A DNA stretch of 64,000 nucleotides. Source: an uncultured Candidatus Saccharibacteria bacterium. GTDB lineage: Bacteria; Patescibacteriota; Minisyncoccia; Phycocordibacterales; SBAW01. The notes below the pieces were generated by a model. It worked only from the letters and a program-made list of their open reading frames with translations, was not told the origin of the DNA and searched no databases. The stretch is from assembly GCA_964566795.1 (NCBI GenBank), contig CAZMIU010000001.1, forward strand, positions 399,797 through 463,796, in the 5' to 3' direction. The position numbers and the translations under genes are program-made. Shown here piece after piece: positions 56,610 to 64,000 of this stretch; the stretch's first letter is position 1, and each line of letters starts with the position of its first letter.

Positions 56610-58163
56610 TTAAAATCCAAATAATGCGGCATAGGCCGAGAGCACGCCAGCGAGCGACCAGTTTATCTCTATGATCTGGTCTGCAACAATGTTTATAGAT
56701 GCAGTCATAGACTCCATCGGGATCATGGCGGCGGCGGCCATCATCTGGCCTCCGTCAAACAGTGCCGACGAGATGCCAAAATTGCGCGGCCATGAGGTTA
56801 TCGACTGCAGGTTGATGCCCGCAGCATCGAGCTGCGATTGCATGCTAGAGAGATCTGCCTTGCTAAACCCAAAGTTGGTTATGTGCTTGAGGAGCACGTC
56901 CGGGTTGGCTGCCGATGTAAGCTGGTAGCCGTTTGCATCTACAAGCGCGAGCACGTAGTTGACGCCGACACCCGGGAGTATCTCCTTGTAGAAGGTAAAG
57001 TTGCCCGCGTGCGCAAGTACCGTGGTGTTGGCGCGGTCTGCCGGGCGGGTGGCGCCCGATGCCAGGTAGGCGGTGGAGCCGCTATTGTACATGGCACTGG
57101 TAAGTGCGCGCGCCGTTGCGAGCGGATTTGCGGAGGACATTATGACGCCCCAATCGCGCATGTCGACGTTGGACCCTATGACGCCGTAGAGCATGCTCGA
57201 GGCGATAGACGCGTCGGTCTTGGCCGCGGCGGCAAACTGCGCCGTGTTGGGCTTGGACGCAGACATGCTGTTTGTACCTGTGTTGGTAGTTGTGTTGGTG
57301 TTTGTGTTCGTCTCAGTTGTGGTCTCGGTCTGTGTTGCCGGCATCTCGCCGCCGGTGGTGATGAGACCCGGTATAAAACCGCGGGGCCACGAAGTTGCCG
57401 ATTGAAGGTTGATACCCTTTCCATCAAGCTGGGCCTGGAGCACAGCCAACTCTGCCTTGTTAAACCCAAAGTTTAGGACCAGCTTCTGGAGCGTGTCGGA
57501 GTTGGCTGCCGATGTAAGCTGGTAGCCGTTCTTGTCTACAAGCGCGAGCACGTAGTTGATGATGCTGCCCGGCAAGATTTCCTTGTAGAGCGTAAAGTTG
57601 CCATAGCTGGCAAGCACTGAGGTGTTGGCGCGGTCCTGGGGGCGGGTGGCGCCCGATGCCAAATATGCCTTAGAGCCGCTGTTGTACATTGCCGCAGTTG
57701 CCGCACGGGCGGCAGCAAGCGGGTTAGACGACGCCATGATGGCCGTCCAGTCGCGCACATCCAGGTTGGACCCTATGACGCCGTAGAGCATGCTCGAGGC
57801 GGTAGACGCGTCGGTCTTGGCCGCGGCGGCAAACTGCGCCGTGTTGGGCTTGGACGATGAGATTGTCTGGCTTTGCTGTGTCTGCGTGCTCGCCGGAGTT
57901 TCTGGCTCTACGGACGGTGCCACAGGCATCGTCGCTGCAGGAGCGGTGCCGCCGTTTAAAATGGTTTTGACGTTGGCGATGGTTGCCGCATCAACGCCGA
58001 AGGCGGACAAAAGCCCTATAACGCCGCTTACCTGGGTTGAGGTAAGCCCGGCCGCCTGGGCGGGGGTCGGGGTTACCACAAGAGCGAGGGTGAGCACAAA
58101 CATGACAACGCCTACAACCAGGTGTAGTGCGATGGAGCGGAGGGCTATAGGGCGGGCGTGCAT
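56610..58163 (-). CDS. Secreted protein with tandem duplicated ~160 aa domain
   Basis: Signal peptide, LTSTQVSGVIGLL module, two copies of SKPNTAQF...LYGVIGSN.D.RDW...SWPR offset by 597 nt. Confidence 0.8.
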   Translation of the reverse strand: MHARPIALRSIALHLVVGVVMFVLTLALVVTPTPAQAAGLTSTQVSGVIGLLSAFGVDAATIANVKTILNGGTAPAATMPVAPSVEPETPASTQTQQSQTISSSKPNTAQFAAAAKTDASTASSMLYGVIGSNLDVRDWTAIMASSNPLAAARAATAAMYNSGSKAYLASGATRPQDRANTSVLASYGNFTLYKEILPGSIINYVLALVDKNGYQLTSAANSDTLQKLVLNFGFNKAELAVLQAQLDGKGINLQSATSWPRGFIPGLITTGGEMPATQTETTTETNTNTNTTTNTGTNSMSASKPNTAQFAAAAKTDASIASSMLYGVIGSNVDMRDWGVIMSSANPLATARALTSAMYNSGSTAYLASGATRPADRANTTVLAHAGNFTFYKEILPGVGVNYVLALVDANGYQLTSAANPDVLLKHITNFGFSKADLSSMQSQLDAAGINLQSITSWPRNFGISSALFDGGQMMAAAAMIPMESMTASINIVADQIIEINWSLAGVLSAYAALFGF

Positions 58164-58325
58164 AGGGACTAGTTATTTCTAAAAACGTATAAGTGGCTGC
58201 AGAACAAGCAGGAGCGGAGCGACAAAACAAGAAAGGGCCCCAACGCAAATGCGTTGGTGCCCTGTATGAGACTCAGTATAGTCCCTCTTGCCTACCCCAC
58301 AAGTAGGGGGTGTGTATAAGTGTCG

Positions 58326-59465
58326 TTAATCCTCGATGGTAAAGAGGTGGCTCTTGTCATCGTCCAGCCTCTCGCCGGTGCCATTGTCGTCCTCGTACAG
58401 GCTCGCCTTGATGTAGTACTCGCCGTCAAGGTCATAGCCGCACAAGCCGTTAGGGTACTGGAGGGTGCAGTAGTCGCCCTTCTCAGGCACATCCCACTCA
58501 TACTCCTCCTCATCGGCATCAACGATGGCTATAGTGCCAACGCGGTCGTCGTCCTCGTCATAAAGCTCCAGGACCACGGAGGCGTCGTTAGGCTCGTCGG
58601 TGACATTCCACTCGATATCAAGGTCATCGCCCTGCTCTACCTCGACATTGGAAGAGGGCGAGGTTACGTCTATAGTGCCGTCCTCATCGTTGTCGTTATC
58701 ATTGTCGTCATCGTCCTCAGTCACGCGGAAGGTGGCCTCATCGCGGTCAAGCTCCTTAACCTCAATGTTCCAGTCGCGGAAGTTGACGTCGTCACCGTCT
58801 TCAAGGATATACGACTGCGAGGGAGCATAGAAGCAGTAGGTGCCCGCCCTGCAGCCTTCGGTTACCGTAATGCGCACGGCCTGGGGCTCCTGATTGTAGT
58901 AATAGCCATAGCCGTACTGGCTCATAACCACCTGGTTAAGCGTGATAGTGAGGTCTTCATTGCGCAGCTCGCCTGTCTCGCCCACATCAAGAGAGAAGTC
59001 ACGGTCAAGACGGAAGGTCGTGGTGCGGGTAGTGGGGTTGGTCGGATAGCCCGGGTTATAGCTGCCGCCGCATACGCGTGCGATTGCCTGGCGGGTCAGA
59101 GGACCAACCCCGCCCGTTGCCGGGTATACGCCGTTTTCCTGCTGGAAGCGGGTCACGTAGTAGCTCGTGAGCTGGCCATAGTAGCCGCCCGTGAGGCGCG
59201 TGTCGCTATAGCGGGAGCGCAAAAAGTTCTGCAGTGAGCTTACCTGGCCGCCGGTGGTGTAGTCGCTGGAGCCCAGGGTGAGGTTGTAGCTCAGAGCCGG
59301 GCAGCCGTAGGAGGTACCACCATAGTACTGGTTGGTGTACTGCGGCTGGGTGTACTGCGGGTAGTAGTAGCTCGGGTTGTAGGTCTGAGCCATTGCCGGA
59401 GCGGCCACAAAGAGACCCGCGAGGGCTGCGAGGCCAAATACAAAGGTTTTCATACGATTTTGCAT
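58326..59465 (-). CDS. Secreted protein with peptidoglycan-binding-like domain and acidic Ig-like C-terminus
   Basis: Signal peptide; LTLGS...VSSLQNFL...GYYGQLT...VTRFQ...GGVGPLTR. Confidence 0.78.
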   Translation of the reverse strand: MQNRMKTFVFGLAALAGLFVAAPAMAQTYNPSYYYPQYTQPQYTNQYYGGTSYGCPALSYNLTLGSSDYTTGGQVSSLQNFLRSRYSDTRLTGGYYGQLTSYYVTRFQQENGVYPATGGVGPLTRQAIARVCGGSYNPGYPTNPTTRTTTFRLDRDFSLDVGETGELRNEDLTITLNQVVMSQYGYGYYYNQEPQAVRITVTEGCRAGTYCFYAPSQSYILEDGDDVNFRDWNIEVKELDRDEATFRVTEDDDDNDNDNDEDGTIDVTSPSSNVEVEQGDDLDIEWNVTDEPNDASVVLELYDEDDDRVGTIAIVDADEEEYEWDVPEKGDYCTLQYPNGLCGYDLDGEYYIKASLYEDDNGTGERLDDDKSHLFTIED

Positions 59466-59588
59466 TGATAAATAAGGCTAAAATGGGCCCTTGATAATTA
59501 GGTTCGCGCTTACAATACCACAAGACGCGCAAAGCGCAACTGTATTACAAAAGCCCGGGGTTTCCCCCGGGCTTTGTCGTGATGTGGC

Positions 59589-60158
59589 TCAATTGGGTCG
59601 GCCTGTTGCTTGTTCTGCCGAAGGAGGGGGCGTAAGTAGAGCATACCCCCGAAACACGCTCCTCGTGCACTCCTGCTCGGTAAGTGGGCGGCCAGCGTCG
59701 CAAGTATCTCCAATGATTGAGAATATCAGGGACATTGCCTTTGAACACTGGTTCATTGCATTACCCAGACTCTCCTTATATTCCTCGTCGCAAAGAGAGC
59801 TGTAAAAGACCGGAACGACATACTGCAGTACAGCAATCTTCTTGTCATACGCAGGGATGACATATCCAGCCAGAGTATCCTCGGCGCGCTCGAGCGCTTT
59901 TTTTATCGAGCGGTCGACCGTGCGCGAGAAAGCCTCAAATTTGGCATTCGTCAGAAACTTCTGCTGGTGCTGCATCCCGACTATGACTAATTCGTCGCTT
60001 AGTCTGTGCTCAATACGGGAGCAGAAGCTTGTTCCGTCGTTTGCTTTCATCAAAAACTCTATTCTCTGCGTCGACTCCCGGAGGATAGTGCAGACGTCAT
60101 TGTTTTCGATAAGACCTTGTCGGGCGACAGCTAGCGGGCGACTGGAAGTTCCTACCAT
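59589..60158 (-). CDS. Hypothetical protein
   Basis: 189 aa ORF between two terminators; no recognised motif; start is an estimate. Confidence 0.5.
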   Translation of the reverse strand: MVGTSSRPLAVARQGLIENNDVCTILRESTQRIEFLMKANDGTSFCSRIEHRLSDELVIVGMQHQQKFLTNAKFEAFSRTVDRSIKKALERAEDTLAGYVIPAYDKKIAVLQYVVPVFYSSLCDEEYKESLGNAMNQCSKAMSLIFSIIGDTCDAGRPLTEQECTRSVFRGYALLTPPPSAEQATGRPN

Positions 60159-60285
60159 GGCTCTGCCTTTCTTTTGTGACAACTTCTGTATCCATTCAAG
60201 CACCGGCACGCACAAATGCAAGCCGGTTGTTATAACGAAAAAACGCCGCCCCCGCGTGGGGCGGCGTTTTTCTTACGTCTTTGGA

Positions 60286-62436
60286 TTACTTGCGTGCGGC
60301 AACGATGGTTGCGGCTACCTGCGGAGGCACCACCTCGTAGTGGTCGAACTCCATGGTAAACGACGCGCGGCCCTCAGACATTGAGCGCAGCGCTGTAGTG
60401 TAGCCGAACATCTCCGAAAGAGGCACCTTGGCACGGATTGCACGCGCGAGCCCGCGCTCCTCCATGCCCTCAATCTGGCCGCGCTTGGAGTTAAGGGAGC
60501 CGGTTACGTCACCCATGAACTTCTCGGGGGTAACGACCTCCACTTTCATAATCGGCTCCAGAAGTACAGGCTTTGCCTTGGTCATTGCATCCTGGAAGCC
60601 CATAGATGCGGCGATTTTAAAGGCAATCTCGGATGAGTCCACATCGTGGTAGGAACCGTCATAGAGCTCGATGGAGATGTCGACCATCTTAAAGCCGGCA
60701 ACATAGCCGCGCTCCATAGCCTCGCGCACGCCGTCCTCTACCGGACCGATAAACTCGTTGGGGACCACGCCGCCCTTGATGTTGTTGATAAACTCGAAGT
60801 GGTCCTCGCGGGTAACGTTCTTAGCCTGCTTCTTGTCCTCGTTCACGGGCTCAAGCGGCTTTACGCGCAGGCGCACATGGCCGTACTGGCCCTTGCCGCC
60901 TGTCTGCTTGATGTACTTGCCCTCGCCCTCTGCCGGTGCCTGGATAGTCTCGCGGTAGGCAACCTGGGGCTTGCCGGTGTTGGCCTCGACGCCAAACTCG
61001 CGCTTCATGCGGTCTACCAAGATCTCGAGGTGGAGCTCACCCATGCCCGAGATTAGGGTCTCGTTGGTCTCGGTATCGGTGGTCACACGGAAGGTTGGGT
61101 CCTCGTCTGCAAGCTTCTTCATGGCCATACCCATCTTCTCCTGGTCGGCCTTGGTCTTGGGCTCGATGCGCATCGAGATAACCGGCTCGGGTACGGTAAT
61201 GCCCTCGAGGATAATGGGGTTGGTCTCGTCTGAGAGCGTGTGGCCGGTCTTAGCCGACTTCAGCCCCACGGCTGCGGCAATCTCGCCTGCAAACACCTTT
61301 TTTACCTCTTCGCGCTTGTCTGCCTGGAGGCGCACGATGCGGCCCAGGCGCTCCTTCTCACCCGTGGAAGAGTTGATGATGTAGGAACCTGCCTCCACAA
61401 CGCCCGAGTACACACGGAAGAATGTCAGCTGGCCCACAAACGGGTCTGCCTGGAGCTTAAAGGCGAGCGCGGAGAACGGCTCGTCGTCTGCGGCCTGGCG
61501 CATGATAGGGTCGCCGGTCTTGGGGTTGGTGCCGGTGATTGGCGGCATGTCTACCGGTGAGGGTAGGTAGTCGACAACAGCGTCAAGCACCAATTGCACG
61601 CCGCGGTTCTTGAGTGCCGAGCCGGTGTATACGGGGAAAATCTTGTTGTTGATGACTGCTTTGCGGAGGGTCTTTTTGAGATCCTCAAGCGACGGCTCCT
61701 TGCCGTCGAGGTATGCGGTCATGAGGTCATCGTCGTTCTCAACGATCTTCTCGATAAGCTCTGCGCGGTACTTCTTGGCATCCTCGAGCATGTCTGCCGG
61801 GATGTCGTAGGTAGACACGATCTCACCCATGGCGCCCTCAAACTTGTAGGCCTTCATGGTAAGGAGGTCGACAACGCCGTCGAACTCGGCCTCAGCACCA
61901 ATGGGGAGCTGCATGCGCACTGCGCGCGGGGTAAGGCGGTCGAGGATGGAGGCGTACGACTTCTCAAACGATGCACCCATGCGGTCCATCTTGTTTATAA
62001 AGCAGATGCGCGGCACGTTGGCCTCGTCTGCATAGCGCCAGTTGGTCTCAGACTGTGGCTCTACACCGGCAACGCCGTCAAACACCACTACTGCGCCGTC
62101 GAGCACGCGCATGGAGCGCTTAACCTCTACGGTAAAGTCGATGTGGCCGGGGGTGTCGATAACGTTGAAGCGGAATTTCTTGGATGCGTCCTTTTTGTCC
62201 GGCTCGTCGGTCTTGGACCAGAAGCAGGTGATAGCCGCCGCGGTAATGGTGATGCCGCGCTCGCGCTCCTGCTCCATCCAGTCAGTCGTGGTCTGGCCGT
62301 CGTGCACCTCGCCTATCTTGTGCTGGGAACCGGTGTAGTACAGCACGCGCTCAGACGTGGTGGTCTTGCCGGCATCGATATGGGCGATGATGCCAAAGTT
62401 GCGGATCTTCTCGAGCGGGTAATCTCTAGTGGGCAT
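60286..62436 (-). CDS. fusA: Elongation factor G
   Basis: [36 protein letters not shown]; true start at MPTRDY. Confidence 0.98.
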   Translation of the reverse strand: MPTRDYPLEKIRNFGIIAHIDAGKTTTSERVLYYTGSQHKIGEVHDGQTTTDWMEQERERGITITAAAITCFWSKTDEPDKKDASKKFRFNVIDTPGHIDFTVEVKRSMRVLDGAVVVFDGVAGVEPQSETNWRYADEANVPRICFINKMDRMGASFEKSYASILDRLTPRAVRMQLPIGAEAEFDGVVDLLTMKAYKFEGAMGEIVSTYDIPADMLEDAKKYRAELIEKIVENDDDLMTAYLDGKEPSLEDLKKTLRKAVINNKIFPVYTGSALKNRGVQLVLDAVVDYLPSPVDMPPITGTNPKTGDPIMRQAADDEPFSALAFKLQADPFVGQLTFFRVYSGVVEAGSYIINSSTGEKERLGRIVRLQADKREEVKKVFAGEIAAAVGLKSAKTGHTLSDETNPIILEGITVPEPVISMRIEPKTKADQEKMGMAMKKLADEDPTFRVTTDTETNETLISGMGELHLEILVDRMKREFGVEANTGKPQVAYRETIQAPAEGEGKYIKQTGGKGQYGHVRLRVKPLEPVNEDKKQAKNVTREDHFEFINNIKGGVVPNEFIGPVEDGVREAMERGYVAGFKMVDISIELYDGSYHDVDSSEIAFKIAASMGFQDAMTKAKPVLLEPIMKVEVVTPEKFMGDVTGSLNSKRGQIEGMEERGLARAIRAKVPLSEMFGYTTALRSMSEGRASFTMEFDHYEVVPPQVAATIVAARK

Positions 62437-62539
62437 GAGCTTATAGTCTAAGTAATAATTAGATTCAAAAATCCGCCGGTAGGCGGGCTTGGCACTATAG
62501 TACTGCGTCCGGGGCAAAAAGCAATATACTAAGTTCATC

Positions 62540-62980
62540 ATGGACAACATAACCGAACCCCAATTTGAGTGCTGCCACTGCTCTTTAGAGGTCACACCCA
62601 ACCCCTCCATGGGCACGATGCACCGCAACCACTGCAACCACTGTTTGTGGAGTAAGCACGTGGACCAGACCCCGGGCGACCGCGCCTCCACCTGTGGCGG
62701 ATGCATGGAGCCCATAGGTGTGACGCTCAAGCACGAGGGCCAGGACAAGTACGGCAAAGAGAGGCTGGGCGACGTGATGCTCGCACACCGCTGCACGCAA
62801 TGCGGACACATAAACATTAACCGCATAGCAGCCGACGACCCGGAAGACCTGATAGTAAAAGTGTTTGATATATCAAGCACCCTGCCCCGAGAGACGCTCG
62901 ACGGGCTCGCAAAACAAAACATCGCGCTCCTAACCGATAAAAAACTCCTAAAGGAAAAGCTTTTTGGAAAGAGTAAATAA
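62540..62980 (+). CDS. RNHCP-domain zinc-binding protein
   Basis: [42 protein letters not shown]. Confidence 0.85.
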   Translation: MDNITEPQFECCHCSLEVTPNPSMGTMHRNHCNHCLWSKHVDQTPGDRASTCGGCMEPIGVTLKHEGQDKYGKERLGDVMLAHRCTQCGHININRIAADDPEDLIVKVFDISSTLPRETLDGLAKQNIALLTDKKLLKEKLFGKSK

Positions 62981-63049
62981 ATACAAAAACGCCGCCCGGA
63001 TGGGCGGCATTCTTTTATATTTTTGGGATTACCAGGCGACCAATTGGGG

Positions 63050-63520
63050 TTACCAGGCGAAGTGTGCAAAAGCCTTGTTAGCCTCGGCCATGCGGTGGGT
63101 GTCCTCTTTCTTCTTAAAGGCAAAGCCCTCGTTGTTGGCAGCTGCCATAAGCTCGGTAGCCAACTTCTCGGCCATAGGGCGGCCCTTGGCAGAGCGTGCT
63201 GCCTGGAGTATCCAGCGGAAGGCCATGGCCTGCTTGCGCTCGGGGCGCACCTCGCGGGGCACCTGGTAGTTGGCACCGCCCACGCGGCGCGAGCGGATCT
63301 CCATCGCAGGAGAAACGTTGCGGATAGCGGTCTCAAAGAGCTCTACCGGGTTCTCTACCTTGGCCTTCTCCTTCATGATGTCAAAGGCATCGTATACAAC
63401 CTTGCGTGCGGTCGACTTCTTGCCGTCCCACATAACAGAGTTGATAAACTTCTCCACGCGGACAGAGCCGAACTTGATGTCCGGACCTGCCATGTTGCGA
63501 TTTTTAACGGGGCGACGCAT
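63050..63520 (-). CDS. rpsG: 30S ribosomal protein S7
   Basis: [32 protein letters not shown]. Confidence 0.97.
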   Translation of the reverse strand: MRRPVKNRNMAGPDIKFGSVRVEKFINSVMWDGKKSTARKVVYDAFDIMKEKAKVENPVELFETAIRNVSPAMEIRSRRVGGANYQVPREVRPERKQAMAFRWILQAARSAKGRPMAEKLATELMAAANNEGFAFKKKEDTHRMAEANKAFAHFAW

Positions 63521-63542
63521 ATCAGTAAATTAAAATATCAAA

Positions 63543-63950
63543 TTATTTCGGGCGCTTTGCACCATAGCGCGAGCGGGAGCGGCGGCGCTTCTCGAGGCCC
63601 GCTGCATCGAGCTTGCCGCGCACTACCTGGTAGCGCACGTTGATGTCCTTCACGCGGCCGGCGCGGACAATTACCACGGAGTGCTCCTGGAGGTTGTGGC
63701 CCTCGCCCGGGATGTAGGCGGTAATCTCCTGGCCATTGGTGAGGCGCACGCGGGCGATCTTGCGGATAGCGGAGTTAGGCTTGCGGGGGGTCGTGGTGGT
63801 CACCTTGGTGCAGACACCGCGCTTGAAAGGGCTCGGGTAGAAGACAGGCTTGTTCTTAAGCACGTTAAAACCGCGCGCGAGTGCGGGCGACTTGGTCTTG
63901 TTGGGGCGCTCTTTGCGGCCCTTGCGGATGAGTTGTGAGAGACGTGCCAT
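63543..63950 (-). CDS. rpsL: 30S ribosomal protein S12
   Basis: [33 protein letters not shown]. Confidence 0.97.
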   Translation of the reverse strand: MARLSQLIRKGRKERPNKTKSPALARGFNVLKNKPVFYPSPFKRGVCTKVTTTTPRKPNSAIRKIARVRLTNGQEITAYIPGEGHNLQEHSVVIVRAGRVKDINVRYQVVRGKLDAAGLEKRRRSRSRYGAKRPK

Positions 63951-64000
63951 TTAGTCTAAATTCTTCCCTATTGTTTTAATTGCCGAGGCAATTAAAAACG

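Noticed and set aside
60286-63336. 1016 aa ORF suggesting an EF-G fusion with a 300 aa N-terminal extension
   Set aside because: The extension is an open off-frame read through rpsG and the antisense of the RNHCP gene; EF-G homology starts at MPTRDY (62436).

Overview
Window from a Patescibacteria (CPR, most likely Parcubacteria/OD1-type) chromosome, standard code 11. The assignment is inferred from the absence of rpmD (L30) in the spc cluster, the type IV pilus locus, cohesin-type surface proteins and mostly SD-less genes. Left to right it contains: (1) a type IV pilus/competence locus (pilin, pilC, pilT, pilB, pilM/N/O, comF) interrupted by a RAYT (HUH/Y1) transposase with three REP-like palindromes; (2) a tightly packed ~10 kb minus-strand operon encoding a Tat-signal-like protein, a phage-tail-fibre-like 803 aa protein, two small proteins, its own TatC and TatA, a 1057 aa repeat-stalk protein with an RR signal and C-terminal dockerin, and two membrane-anchored cohesin-type proteins (best candidate for an undescribed system); (3) tRNA-Ser(GCT) wrapped in nested hairpins that copy its own ends, an ECF sigma/anti-sigma pair, malic enzyme, recG, tRNA-Ile(UAU), a divergent pyrD-pyrC pair, ftsH, smpB and tmRNA; (4) infC-rpmI-rplT, a candidate 6S-like RNA, ndk, map, adk, secY and a fragmented str-S10-spc cluster with inserted surface-protein genes. 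comF and recG each carry a related ~80 bp palindrome inserted in frame. All calls come from reading motifs by eye; no database searches were run.
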